A DNA stretch of 64,000 bases from a candidate division WOR-3 bacterium (GTDB lineage: Bacteria > Hydrothermota > Tepidihabitantia > Tepidihabitantales > Tepidihabitantaceae), in contig JBBISL010000007.1 of NCBI GenBank assembly GCA_037441285.1, positions 1 to 64,000 on the forward strand. Direction: 5' to 3'. Positions 16,884-26,861 of this stretch are shown here, in pieces. The translations under genes and the position numbers were made by a program. The notes under the pieces are model-generated. The model had not been told where the DNA came from. It saw only the letters and a list, made by a program, of their open reading frames with translations, and made no database searches. Positions within the stretch are counted from its first letter, which is position 1. Each line of letters opens with the position of its first letter.

Positions 16884-19043
16884 GTGCAGAAGGCGAACAA
16901 CCCGATGGTGCGAAAATTGGGCTTCCTTCCTGGTGCATTTCTCCATTTCGGCGCTCTCAGCCTTTTCTGCTCTTCTTTTCTTATTTTGGGTGTGGGATTT
17001 GGGGCGGAGCGTGTTTTAGAGGCACGGTACACAACAACCCGACCGGTTATTGATGGTGTGATTGAAGAGGTTTGGGCAAGGGCGGATTCAGCTTATGGCT
17101 TCATCCAGCAGAGACCTGAGGCGGGGAAGCCGGCAAGTGAAGCGAGCACGGTGTATCTGCTTTACGATGAAGAGAATATTTATGTCGCGTTTCGGTGTGC
17201 GGTTTCGGATGTAACCCAGGTTCATGACCGGTTGAGTGAAGATGCCGACGGCGTGCGGTTACTTCTTGACACATTTCGAGACCGAACTACCTGTTACAGT
17301 TTTAGTGTCGGTTTCAACGGCGTCGAAGCCAGTTACCGGATAACGGCGGATGGTGCGGGGTTTGAATCCTGGGATGGGGTTTGGTGGTCAGCGGTTAAGC
17401 GGTTTCCCGGCGGGATTGGGGTTGAGATGGTGATTCCGTTTAAGACGCTGCGTTATTATCCGAATGCGGATGAGTGGGGGATTGACTTTGCCCGGCAGTT
17501 TGTTGCCCGGGACGAAATGGCTTTCTGGTCCGAGCACGAGCGAACCGGTTTCAAGGTGTCGCGGATGGGTCGGCTCAAGGGAATCAAACCAGCCCCCCGC
17601 GGGTTGCATCTGGAAGTGTATCCGGTGGGGCTGGTGCGTCAGGAGAAGGCGGGTCAGGATGAAACGGGCTGGCAAGACCGGGTGCAAGGGGCGGTTGGTT
17701 TTGACGGCGCGTACTTCCCGACGCCGAGTGCCAATATTCAGTTGACGGCGTTTCCCGATTTTGCCCAGATTGAAGCGGACCCTTATCAGGTGAACCTCTC
17801 CCGGTATGAGTTGTGGCTCGGTGAGCGCCGGCCCTTTTTTACCGAGGCGGTGGAAACCTTTGGTGGCAGCAGTCAGCCGATAAAATTGTTTTACTCCCGG
17901 CGCATTGGAAAACCGCTATCCAGTGGCGCGGTGGTTCCGATTTTAGGGGGTATTAAGTACACCGACCGATTTGCCCAGAGCCAGATTGGCGCGCTTGCGG
18001 TTGTTACCGGTGAGTGTCAGGAGGAACCGCAGAGTTTTTACTCGGTCGCGGCGCTCAGACGCCGGGTCTTAGGTAGTTCTGAGGTCGGTTTGCTGTATGC
18101 GGGTAAAGACAACCCGGTCTATTCCAACCATGGCGGCGCGATTGACGGCATCTTCCGCAAGGGAGGGTTTAATAGCCGAATTTTCTTTGCGGGGAGTCAG
18201 TGGGGTGACAGTGTTGACTGGGCGTTGTCGACCGAACTCGGGTTTCAGTCGCCGGTATTTGTCAGCCAGTTTGTGTATCGACAGATTCAGCCGGAGTTTA
18301 ATATGAATGGACCGGGTTATACAACCTGGCGCGGGCAGTATTTGAGCGCCTATGCGGGTCCGGCTTTTTACAATCGCGGGATTCTGGTTTCTGCAACTCT
18401 GATACCCGGGATTGAGGTTCAGCGCGAATGGGGAGATTCGGACCCGGGCTTTTCCTGGGTGCCGTTTGTCAACTGGGAGAGTCAGTTTCAGAACAACTAC
18501 TATGCCGGTGCCTGGGTTGGTTCGGGCCGGTGCCGGGATATGGGGCTTTGGTATCATCGTTCTTATTGCGGTGGTTACGCCGGCACCGACAATACAAAAC
18601 CGGTTAGCGTTTCGCTCTGGGGCAATTATGAGAGCCGGGCGGCTAATTATCGCCGGGAAATACTGGCGCCCACAGCCCAAGGAGGCTGGAGGATTAACGC
18701 CCGAATTGGTGACCGGCTGGCAACCGGTCTGGAAAATTCGGTTATTGTTGAGGCGGACAGTGCGGGAAAGGTGAACTTGCCGCAGGATGTGACGGTCATT
18801 TTACGCCCATCTGCCGGATACAGTTTTTCGGCAAAATCGTCACTGCGTCTGAGTGGTGAGATGGTGCGGGGTTACGAAGCTCAATCGGCGCAATTCTGGA
18901 ACAACTGGACGCTGTTCTGTCTTTACACCTGGCAGTTCCAGCCCCGGTCGAATTTTTACTTTGCGGTAAACTGGAGCCGGGATGCGGCGGGTGGTTTGAA
19001 GTTAATTCAGGTAGTCAAAATCCGTTATCTTTTCAATATCTAA
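16884..19043 (+). CDS. CBM9-like + DUF5916-type outer-membrane protein (start uncertain)
   Basis: PVIDGV.EEVW, LYDEENIYVAF, EMVIPFKTLRY, PDFAQIEAD, ERRPFF.E, LFYSRRIG; C-terminal beta-strand KIRYLFNI. Confidence 0.75.
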   Translation: MQKANNPMVRKLGFLPGAFLHFGALSLFCSSFLILGVGFGAERVLEARYTTTRPVIDGVIEEVWARADSAYGFIQQRPEAGKPASEASTVYLLYDEENIYVAFRCAVSDVTQVHDRLSEDADGVRLLLDTFRDRTTCYSFSVGFNGVEASYRITADGAGFESWDGVWWSAVKRFPGGIGVEMVIPFKTLRYYPNADEWGIDFARQFVARDEMAFWSEHERTGFKVSRMGRLKGIKPAPRGLHLEVYPVGLVRQEKAGQDETGWQDRVQGAVGFDGAYFPTPSANIQLTAFPDFAQIEADPYQVNLSRYELWLGERRPFFTEAVETFGGSSQPIKLFYSRRIGKPLSSGAVVPILGGIKYTDRFAQSQIGALAVVTGECQEEPQSFYSVAALRRRVLGSSEVGLLYAGKDNPVYSNHGGAIDGIFRKGGFNSRIFFAGSQWGDSVDWALSTELGFQSPVFVSQFVYRQIQPEFNMNGPGYTTWRGQYLSAYAGPAFYNRGILVSATLIPGIEVQREWGDSDPGFSWVPFVNWESQFQNNYYAGAWVGSGRCRDMGLWYHRSYCGGYAGTDNTKPVSVSLWGNYESRAANYRREILAPTAQGGWRINARIGDRLATGLENSVIVEADSAGKVNLPQDVTVILRPSAGYSFSAKSSLRLSGEMVRGYEAQSAQFWNNWTLFCLYTWQFQPRSNFYFAVNWSRDAAGGLKLIQVVKIRYLFNI

Positions 19044-19150
19044 TCGTCACCTGCCCCGGGCAGAATAGCCTTGCAAACCTTTACTTTTATATATCCCGCC
19101 CTTGAAGGTTGTCTTCCATCACTTTCCCTTGACGGTTTTTCATCTCCTTC

Positions 19151-19189
19151 TCCCCGCCCTTGAAAGGAGGGGAAAGGGGAGGGTGAAAA
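19151..19189 (-). repeat. REP-like CACCCTCCCC...CCCTCCY..RGGG(A/C)GGGGA element; related copies at 13376-13411, 29137-29173, 42187-42227, 48843-48880
   Basis: Reverse complement ttttcaccctcccctttcccctcctttcaagggcgggga versus 42187 ttttcaccctccccttttt-cccctcccttcaagggcaggga (2 substitutions plus a 2-nt indel). Confidence 0.75.
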
Positions 19190-19200
19190 TGGGATGATGA

Positions 19201-19227
19201 AAAAGGGGGATGGTTAAACCATCCCCC
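19201..19227 (-). terminator. Rho-independent terminator of lipoprotein gene 19247-21373
   Basis: GGGGGATGGT-TAA-ACCATCCCCC stem followed by a U-run on the minus strand. Confidence 0.8.
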
Positions 19228-19246
19228 GATGTTTTGCATTGAGGTG

Positions 19247-21373
19247 TTAGTGCTGGAAAGTACCGAACTTACCGGTGTGGCGCATGTCGTGCCGGAACAT
19301 AGGCCAGGGGCTGGGCATCAGATAACCACTATTGCGACCGGCAACCGCAAAGATGCCACGGCTGGTGGCGATGTAGATGATGCCGTACTGGTCAAGGACG
19401 GGTGATGGGAAGATGTCGATGAAGAGTTTCCGGGGTTTGGAACCGTTGCCTTTACGGTCAGTCGAAAAGGTCAAGGCTGTTTCCCACAGTTTACTGCCAT
19501 TGGCGATGTTGATGGCGCACAGTTTTTCGGTTGCGGTATCGGCAGCGCCGGCGATATAGAGGACGCCATCCGCAGTTAGTATCGGGGTACTGCTTAATGA
19601 AGCATTGGGCCAGACTTCACAATCCCACTCAAAGTTACCGGAAGAATTTAGTTTGTAGACCCGACCGTTCTCGCAGCTGAAATAGATGTTGCCGTCAATG
19701 TCAATGACCGGTGACGAGTTGATGTCGTTGTACCCACCCGGAACATGGTAGGTCCAGTGCAGGTTACCATCGGGTGTTAAGGAAATCAGGTCGCCCTGGT
19801 CGGTGCCGATATAGATATTGCCATTCTGGTCAACCGCGGGTGACGATGTGACGCCGGCGTCAATCAGGTACTGCCAGGACAGTGTGCCGCCCGCCGAGAC
19901 GCAGGTAACATAACCCGAGTCGTCCACGACCACAACGCGTCCATCGGGCAGAATAACCGGTGATGAGTTGACATCGGTGGGTAAGGCGTAGTTCCAGAGT
20001 TCGGTCCAGGAGGTGCCGTTGTCCTGAAGTTTGCGTAGAATTTTGTCTTCACCCGCAATGTAGATTGAGTTACCATCGACCGCGGCGGAACCGGAGAAGG
20101 CGTTCTGGCTCAAACTGTCCGGAAATCCCCACTTGATGTTGCCGCTCGTGTTGAAGGCGTAGAATCGGCCATTTTCATTTCCAATATAGATTGTACCGTC
20201 GCTGCCGATTGCGGGTGAGGAGAGAAACTCCTCCCAGGTACCAACGCCCTCGGCCGAAACAAACAGGGTTTCCGCCTGATACGGGTCGTAGGCGTAAAGC
20301 CGTTCATCGGTGCCACCGACAATCAATGCGGGCCGAATTTCACTGCCCCGCGCCGCATAACTCAACGCGGGCGACGAAACGAACTCTTCGCCCGGTAAAC
20401 CCCACAAAAGTGCGCCTTCGCCAACCACGGTAAACGACTTGACAGCCGATGTTTCGGACACAAGCCCGAGCGAGTCCTGAGCGATTGCCCGGATTTGATA
20501 GGTGCCGGTCTGGCTATAGCGAACCGAATCCATACCGATTCCGCCACTGGGAAGGAACGGCGTCCACTCTGATTCTCGGCCATCACCCCAGATGAACTTA
20601 TAACGCACCCGGTCGCCTTGCGGGTCGATGGTGCGGGCGTAAAATCGGTAGTAGGGACCGGTGGCGATACCCCGGTTTGGGCCACTGACAACTGGTGCCG
20701 GCGGCGCGGTGTTCGTCTGCAGGGCGGTGAACGATTTTACGGGCGAAGTGTCGGAGATAAGGCCAGCCTTATCCCAGGCGACGCAGCGGATACTCTTTAC
20801 CCCGCGATAAAAATACTTCACGGAATCGGTAACCGTATCACCGGAAGAAACAAGCGGGCTCAACAAAGAGGTCTGACCTTCGTCCCAGAGAAACTTTATC
20901 CTTACCGAATCGCCATTCGGGTCGATTGCCACCGCTTTGAAGACCTGCCATTCACCAACCCAGCCCGAGTCAGGACCGATGGGCGCCCCAACTACCGGTG
21001 GCAGGTTTTCGCCGAGAGTAACATTCACAAGCAGGGTGTCACTCCAGTCCGCGCTAAAGTTTCCCTTGTCGTCTTTGGCGCGCACCCGCACCGGGTAGGT
21101 TCCAACCGCTTCCCACAGGTGAGTGGCATAAACCGTGTCCCCGGATGGCACAAGGGCTGATGTGTCAAACTTGCCATCACCCCAGTCCCAGATGTAAAGC
21201 ACCCGGTCACGATTGGGGTCGGTGGTAACCGAGCGATAAGTGGCGCTGTCCCCAAGGGTGACGAGGGCATTGCCAATCGGTTTTGCAGGTATCTGCGGTG
21301 GTTTGTTACGGCAGCCAACTCCGATGGCGACGACCACAATCAGAATTGCTGCCAAAACTAACCTTTTTCGCAT
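19247..21373 (-). CDS. Lipoprotein with three PKD/Ig-like repeats and a PQQ-like (BamB-type) beta-propeller
   Basis: Lipobox GVGC; three DP.GD.V.Y.F.WGDG repeats; SSPA...DG.IY.G repeats; SD AGGAGG and TTGACA-N18-TATAAT promoter. Confidence 0.85.
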   Translation of the reverse strand: MRKRLVLAAILIVVVAIGVGCRNKPPQIPAKPIGNALVTLGDSATYRSVTTDPNRDRVLYIWDWGDGKFDTSALVPSGDTVYATHLWEAVGTYPVRVRAKDDKGNFSADWSDTLLVNVTLGENLPPVVGAPIGPDSGWVGEWQVFKAVAIDPNGDSVRIKFLWDEGQTSLLSPLVSSGDTVTDSVKYFYRGVKSIRCVAWDKAGLISDTSPVKSFTALQTNTAPPAPVVSGPNRGIATGPYYRFYARTIDPQGDRVRYKFIWGDGRESEWTPFLPSGGIGMDSVRYSQTGTYQIRAIAQDSLGLVSETSAVKSFTVVGEGALLWGLPGEEFVSSPALSYAARGSEIRPALIVGGTDERLYAYDPYQAETLFVSAEGVGTWEEFLSSPAIGSDGTIYIGNENGRFYAFNTSGNIKWGFPDSLSQNAFSGSAAVDGNSIYIAGEDKILRKLQDNGTSWTELWNYALPTDVNSSPVILPDGRVVVVDDSGYVTCVSAGGTLSWQYLIDAGVTSSPAVDQNGNIYIGTDQGDLISLTPDGNLHWTYHVPGGYNDINSSPVIDIDGNIYFSCENGRVYKLNSSGNFEWDCEVWPNASLSSTPILTADGVLYIAGAADTATEKLCAINIANGSKLWETALTFSTDRKGNGSKPRKLFIDIFPSPVLDQYGIIYIATSRGIFAVAGRNSGYLMPSPWPMFRHDMRHTGKFGTFQH

Positions 21374-21416
21374 TTATCCTCCTTTTTGTTATTATAAAAT
21401 GTTTACTGTCATTATG

Positions 21417-22727
21417 TCAAGGAGAGTTGTTTTCCAGTTTTGGGCTTTTGACCTCAACATAGATGTTGCGTTCCACTCGGTTAAGGTATTGCCGCAAGCG
21501 CTCGGCAAAGGTCTGTTCATAGAGATAGTTGCGAATCGCATCCTGGAGTTCAAGGAAGGAGAGGATACGGGTGGGCTCTTTGGCGAGGATTTTGATGATA
21601 TGAAACCCGTGCTCGGAAAGTACCGGTTCGCTGACCGCACCAGAGTCCAGTTGACCGATGACCTGGTCAAAAGGCGGCATCAATCCATCAATGTAAAAGG
21701 TCCCGAGGTAGCCTTCCTGCTTACCGGTCTCGGGGTCATCTGAGTAGCGGCGGGCAAGGGATTCAAATGGGACATCCTGTTTGAGCATACTTTTTATCTT
21801 GCGAGCGGTGGCAAGGGCACGCAGGGTGTCGCTACGGGTGATGGGTACAGCGATTAAGATTGAACGAAAACGAAGCCGGTTTTTACTTCTTTCGGTTAAT
21901 TGGGCAATGCAGTAGCCGGTCCGGATGCGAAAGGGCGGAGAAGTCTGCCCCGGTTTTAACTGGTTAAGGACCAGTTTAAACTCCCAGGGTATGGCATTAG
22001 TGTCCTGCCAGCCCCAATCGCCACCACAGCTGGCGGTTTTTTTGTCATCCGAGAAGGAGCGGGCAATGGTGGCAAAATCGCCGCCCTTAGCAAGGAGGGT
22101 CAAAATATCCTGGGCACGCTGGGCAGCGGCCGCTTCGGCCGAATCGGATGGTTTCAGGGCAATGAGGATGTGACTTAGTTCTACCCGGCCCGGAACACGG
22201 GCAATTGAGTCTTTATGGGTGTTGTAGAACTGTTCGGCTTCGGCGGGCGAGATGTAAATCTGGGTCAGTCCTTCTTTCTCAAGCAGTTTGCGGGCAAGGA
22301 GGTTGCGCCGGGCCTCTTTGCCGATTCGGTCGCGAAGCTGTTTTTCGGTTAGACCTTCGGCGGCGAGGGTCTGTCGAAAATCTTCTTCCGAAGCGAATCG
22401 CTGCTTTAACGAGTTAAGGTTTCCCCCAACTTCGGCGGCAACCTCTTCCCGGGTGACATCAATCGACTCCTGTTCTGCCTGTTCGGAGAGGAGTGCTTCA
22501 TCAATCAGCCGGCGGAGGACGCCGGTCCGGAGTGTACTGTCATCGGTAACGGTGTCGCCGCTCATCAGTCGTAGGTAGTTCATCAGTTGCTGAACTTCAC
22601 TTTCGAGGACGATTTTATTGCCAACGATGGCGGCGATGCGGTCAGCATTGCCGGCAAAGGCAGCGCCGTCGAAAAGCGAAAGAAGCAAGAGTAAAAGAGA
22701 AGCCAGGGGGCGACGGGACCGAAACAT
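21417..22727 (-). CDS. surA: SurA-like chaperone with two parvulin PPIase domains
   Basis: DRIAAIVGNKIVLESEV, LSHILI, DFATIARSFSDD..GGDWGW, FESLARRYSDD, SEPVLSEHGFHIIK. Confidence 0.8.
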   Translation of the reverse strand: MFRSRRPLASLLLLLLSLFDGAAFAGNADRIAAIVGNKIVLESEVQQLMNYLRLMSGDTVTDDSTLRTGVLRRLIDEALLSEQAEQESIDVTREEVAAEVGGNLNSLKQRFASEEDFRQTLAAEGLTEKQLRDRIGKEARRNLLARKLLEKEGLTQIYISPAEAEQFYNTHKDSIARVPGRVELSHILIALKPSDSAEAAAAQRAQDILTLLAKGGDFATIARSFSDDKKTASCGGDWGWQDTNAIPWEFKLVLNQLKPGQTSPPFRIRTGYCIAQLTERSKNRLRFRSILIAVPITRSDTLRALATARKIKSMLKQDVPFESLARRYSDDPETGKQEGYLGTFYIDGLMPPFDQVIGQLDSGAVSEPVLSEHGFHIIKILAKEPTRILSFLELQDAIRNYLYEQTFAERLRQYLNRVERNIYVEVKSPKLENNSP

Positions 22728-22733
22728 TGACTG

Positions 22734-23573
22734 TTAGCGCCGGCTGTACTCTTCCGGTTTCAGAGTGATTTTTGCCTTCTCCCGGAGGCTGTTGAGGATA
22801 CTGTCCAGAGCGGTACGCCGTTGCTCACTCTTTAACGCTTCCGAAATGTAGTACTGGGTAATTTCGTTAAAACTGGGGTTTTCATTGATTTTTTTCTTCT
22901 CTAACACTTTGACAATCTGGTAGCCAAGCGGGGTGGCAATAACCGGCGACACCTCTCCCGGGTTAAGGGCAAATACCTTTTCTTCATCACGCAGGCTCCA
23001 GCCCAGCGACATACCGACGCCGCGCGTTGGATAACCGGGGATATTGAGCGCGGTGGTGTCCATCGAGCGTTCGCGCGCCAGACGGATGAAGTCTGCTCCC
23101 TGCTTCAGTTCAGCAAGGGTCTGTTCGGCAGTGATGGAGTCGGGCAGAACCATCAGCATCATCTTTAAACCGAGGGTAAAATCGGTGCGGTGCTGTTGAA
23201 AGTATGCGGAGATTTCCTCGGGCGTGGGTTCGATTGATTCCGCAATCCGGGAGGCGAATTCGTTGGCTAAAAACATCCGTTCCATCCAGGCAAGGCCAGA
23301 AACGACCTTTTCGTCTTTCAGATAACCACGACGCACCGCCTCCTCGGCAAGCAAAGAGATTGAGGTCATCCGGTCAAGGATTTTGGGTAGATTGCCGGGT
23401 GAAATCTGAGCTCGCAGTTGCTCGGCGGCATAGTCCACCTGGGGTGTGGTGATTTGGTCACGGTTGACCTGGGCGACGACCTTGCCTTTGGGAGGATGCA
23501 ATCCGGATGGACTCGCGGTGCAACCAAGAAGAAGTACACTAAAACTAAAACAAATTGTCAACAGGTTTTTCAT
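22734..23573 (-). CDS. Parvulin-type PPIase lipoprotein
   Basis: Lipobox LLGC, VVAQVN, GADFIRLARERSMD, GEVSPVIATPLGYQIVKV. Confidence 0.8.
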   Translation of the reverse strand: MKNLLTICFSFSVLLLGCTASPSGLHPPKGKVVAQVNRDQITTPQVDYAAEQLRAQISPGNLPKILDRMTSISLLAEEAVRRGYLKDEKVVSGLAWMERMFLANEFASRIAESIEPTPEEISAYFQQHRTDFTLGLKMMLMVLPDSITAEQTLAELKQGADFIRLARERSMDTTALNIPGYPTRGVGMSLGWSLRDEEKVFALNPGEVSPVIATPLGYQIVKVLEKKKINENPSFNEITQYYISEALKSEQRRTALDSILNSLREKAKITLKPEEYSRR

Positions 23574-23576
23574 CGT

Positions 23577-24908
23577 TCACTCCTTGTTTTGTTTTTCTTT
23601 GTGCTTTTGGGCAATTTCGGCGACGACCTTTTTGAGTACGCCCTGGTTGATACTGATTTTTGCCCGGGAGCGGAGCTGGGTGAGATACTCCTGATACTGG
23701 GCGGCGCGTTGTTCCAGGATTAGGTTGTTGCGGATGAGTGGGGCAACGAGTGCGAAATCTTCTCCCGGGTAACGGTCGCGGTGATTCTGATAGTAGTTAT
23801 AGACATCAGAGTCCGAAACCTGAATCTTACTGATGACCATACGGTTGTACAGGGTTTCGTAAAGCAGTTTACGCCGGCGGCGCTCAATTTGTTCCTTTAC
23901 CTTCGGCGCCTGGTCAAGCTTGCGCTGCAAGCCATCTTCGTACATCAGGTCGTCTTCAATTGCTCGCTTAATCGCATAGGTGCGAATGGCGGTGTCCAAC
24001 CCGGCTGGAAAGCGGCGTGCGATGTGCAACAGCCGGCCCACTTTGACATACTTACTTGAATCCCGCACCGCAACCCATACCTCTTTTTCCGCTTCGGTGA
24101 TTGAATCGACCGGTTTGTAGAACACAGCTAAGCCCTGGGGGTTGTAAACGAGGCGTGCTCTTAACCGGGCAACATACTCATTTGCCGCCTTGCGCTGTCG
24201 GGAGATTTTAATCTGCTCTTCGAGTTGCTGCTTCGCTTCACCAAATGGGGGAAGGGGCGGGTCGGTTGGACCCCGGTCCAGCAAAAGGACAATCTGATAA
24301 GTAGAGTCAAAAAAAATCGGTTTGGTGAACTCGCCCGGTTGCAGTGCCATAACTGCGCTGCGCATCGGCTCTTCAATATAGTAAACGGGAATCGCGCCCA
24401 CATCACCAGCCCGGGTTCGGGTCGGGTGTATTGAATAACGGACCGCGAGGGTTTCAAATTGGGCACCGTTTTGCAGTTCCTGGTAAAGACGCTGAGCAAC
24501 TGTTTCTTCCTTTACGACGATGACCCGACAATGAACCTGAATGCTCAACAGGTTGTAGGTTTGCTGCAACTCCTGGGCGCGAACCGGTGGACTGGAGCGA
24601 GCGATATCAGAAAAAAGTTCCGAAATTACCAGCCCCTTCTTTTCCAGTTCTAAGGGATAGGCAATCGCGGAGTCCAAGCCAAGCCGTATCGCCTCCTGGA
24701 CGAACAGTTCATTATTAATTAATCCCGCGAGACACTCCTGAACCGCAGTGGACTCTTTTCCCGGCTCAATCGATTGCGGCAGGGAACTGAGCAGGGTGGA
24801 CTTTCTTATTGAAACATCGTTTACCCGGGCAACTACCGGGTCGGCACTGCTACAGGAGCCGGAGAGGAAAGTTGCAACTAAAATGACCAGAATTGCGAAG
24901 GGACGCAT
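23577..24908 (-). CDS. Parvulin-type PPIase (PrsA-like) lipoprotein
   Basis: SGSC lipobox, VVARVND, FETLAVRYS, GDVG, GEFTKPI; ATG 24908 lies 7 nt after the -10 of TTGACT-N16-TAATGT. Confidence 0.8.
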   Translation of the reverse strand: MRPFAILVILVATFLSGSCSSADPVVARVNDVSIRKSTLLSSLPQSIEPGKESTAVQECLAGLINNELFVQEAIRLGLDSAIAYPLELEKKGLVISELFSDIARSSPPVRAQELQQTYNLLSIQVHCRVIVVKEETVAQRLYQELQNGAQFETLAVRYSIHPTRTRAGDVGAIPVYYIEEPMRSAVMALQPGEFTKPIFFDSTYQIVLLLDRGPTDPPLPPFGEAKQQLEEQIKISRQRKAANEYVARLRARLVYNPQGLAVFYKPVDSITEAEKEVWVAVRDSSKYVKVGRLLHIARRFPAGLDTAIRTYAIKRAIEDDLMYEDGLQRKLDQAPKVKEQIERRRRKLLYETLYNRMVISKIQVSDSDVYNYYQNHRDRYPGEDFALVAPLIRNNLILEQRAAQYQEYLTQLRSRAKISINQGVLKKVVAEIAQKHKEKQNKE

Positions 24909-24946
24909 CAAACAAACATTACCGGCAATCGGCTGAAAGTCAAGAT

Positions 24947-24980
24947 AAAAAAGCAGGGGGATGGAAAACCATCCCCCTGC
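24947..24980 (-). terminator. Rho-independent terminator of lipoprotein gene 25008-26831
   Basis: GCAGGGGGATGG-AAAA-CCATCCCCCTGC plus U6 on the minus strand; nearly identical to the 19201 terminator. Confidence 0.85.
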
Positions 24981-24984
24981 GCGT

Positions 24985-25011
24985 GTAGGGGCAAATAATT
25001 ATGTGCCCTAC
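24985..25011. repeat. GTAG-type REP palindrome GTAGGGGCAAATAATTATGTGCCCTAC; related copies at 48905-48932, 48979-49005, 49091-49118
   Basis: Imperfect palindrome bounded by GTAG/CTAC; supplies the TAG stop of the upstream gene. Confidence 0.65.
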
Positions 25012-26831
25012 TTTTTACCGGTGTTGTACTCGTCTTTTTGCCACTTGGGCCAGGGCGCGCCCTGCATCAGGGTGCCATCGGTTGGCCCAATTACGCAGTA
25101 CATATAGTTACTACCGACGACGATGATGTCACCAGTTGGACCAACCGCAAGACTCGGGTTGGTTTCTTCCAGCAGTGGGCGCGGCCGATGCGTCCTGCTC
25201 CGTCCGGCAACCTGGGTATAGCAGTCAGCAACCCATTTGAGGTCTCCGGTTGCCTGGTCCAGCGCCCACAGTTGGTCTTCATCATCCATAAAGTAGAGGT
25301 AGCCGTTGGCAGCAAGGAGCGGGGAGCCGATGATTTCGTTTGTGGTGTGCTGCTGGCTCCAGCCTTCGTTGCCGTTGGCGGGCTGGAGGGCAACAACCTT
25401 ACCACCACTGGTGGCAACAAACAGATACGAGGGGCTTAACACCAGACCAGCAATTCCTGCCGGGTCAACAAGTTTTTCCCACTTCTTGGAGCCGTCTTCG
25501 TTTATCGCATAAACATAACCGGAGTCGTCACTAACATAGATGACGCCGTCGTCACCGATTACCGGTGAACCCAGGGCAGAGTTGTAGCGAAGGGTGCAGA
25601 CCCAGGCCGGGCTCTGGATATTCGGTTCCAGCTTATAAAGCATTCCGTTGTCGAGCCCAACCAGCACATAGCCGGAGCGGTCAATAACCGGTGCACCAAC
25701 AACACTCGCCGGCAGTTTGTAAGCACCCAGACGGTTGCAGGCGCTGCCCGCATCCTGGAGATAGTAAAGGGTGTCATCGGCATCGGAAACAATGTAGATG
25801 TTACTGCCGTTGATTGCGGGTGTGCCCCAGCCGTGCTCGGTGGTGTCAGGCTGCCACTTCCACGCCGGACTCAGGTTACTGGCACCAAGCGCATAGAGAT
25901 AACCGTCGTCGCAGCCGATGATGATGTGCGCCAGGTTTGCACAGTAGGCAGGGTTACCCTGGAAGATGTAAGATTCCGGGTCCGGTTTACTGCTGTTTGC
26001 CGAGCTGTTTTTTCTGCCGTCACCGTATTTGACCGAGTAGAAGTAGCCGTCGTCGCAATAGGTGTAAATCAAAGTGTCAGCACCGCTAATGACCACCGCC
26101 GGTGATGCGATGGGTGGTTCTGAGTCTCCGCTTACTGTCCCGGCGAAGTACCAGCGGACGCGTCCCTGCGCAACAACGGTAAGCACGGTGGATTCCGGAG
26201 CGCACTCGGACCGTTTATTATCCCGGGCTTTCACCTTTACCGTAAAGTTGCCGGTGTCGTCGTATTTGTGAGTGTAGGAGAGCGTTTCACCGGAAGCGAC
26301 AAATGTACCAACCCATCCCTTGGAACCGTCGCCAAAGTCGAAATAAAACTCAATCGAATCACCTTCGGGGTCGGTAGCGCTGGCGACGAACTCCTGGTCA
26401 ACCTTCTTCGGGACTAAGTTCGGCACCCAGAACCAGAGGTTTTCCGGTGGGTTGTTGGGCAGGACACGAATCTGTTTTGCCTCAGACCATTCCGAAATCT
26501 TTGTCGGGTCTTCGTCAAGATAGGCAGCGACTTTGTAATTGAAAGTTCCGACCTGGGTCCACTTCGGGGTGATTACCACGGTATCGCCGCTCGGCGACAC
26601 ATCCGAAGTGTCCATTTTGCCATCAGACTGTCCGAGGTCAACGATGAAGCGGACATCCTTGTTTCCGGAAACAGAGGTGAACACCCGAATTGAGGTCGTG
26701 GCGTTGACCCAGGTTGATTCCGGTGAATAGGAGATTATCGGTGTTGAGGGCGCCTTGGATTTGGGGCAGCCAAGGGATATTAGTCCCACGAATGCCGCAA
26801 CCAAAGCGACCAGAGCGAAACTTCTCTTCAT
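25008..26831 (-). CDS. Lipoprotein with PKD/Ig-like domains and PQQ-like beta-propeller (paralog of 19247-21373)
   Basis: Lipobox SLGC, ATDPEGDSIEFYFDFGDG, SP..G.DG.IY repeats, C-terminal PWPKWQKD..NTG; SD GGAGG. Confidence 0.85.
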   Translation of the reverse strand: MKRSFALVALVAAFVGLISLGCPKSKAPSTPIISYSPESTWVNATTSIRVFTSVSGNKDVRFIVDLGQSDGKMDTSDVSPSGDTVVITPKWTQVGTFNYKVAAYLDEDPTKISEWSEAKQIRVLPNNPPENLWFWVPNLVPKKVDQEFVASATDPEGDSIEFYFDFGDGSKGWVGTFVASGETLSYTHKYDDTGNFTVKVKARDNKRSECAPESTVLTVVAQGRVRWYFAGTVSGDSEPPIASPAVVISGADTLIYTYCDDGYFYSVKYGDGRKNSSANSSKPDPESYIFQGNPAYCANLAHIIIGCDDGYLYALGASNLSPAWKWQPDTTEHGWGTPAINGSNIYIVSDADDTLYYLQDAGSACNRLGAYKLPASVVGAPVIDRSGYVLVGLDNGMLYKLEPNIQSPAWVCTLRYNSALGSPVIGDDGVIYVSDDSGYVYAINEDGSKKWEKLVDPAGIAGLVLSPSYLFVATSGGKVVALQPANGNEGWSQQHTTNEIIGSPLLAANGYLYFMDDEDQLWALDQATGDLKWVADCYTQVAGRSRTHRPRPLLEETNPSLAVGPTGDIIVVGSNYMYCVIGPTDGTLMQGAPWPKWQKDEYNTGKK

Positions 26832-26861
26832 AACATTTCCTCCCTTTTCATTTTTTGTTTA

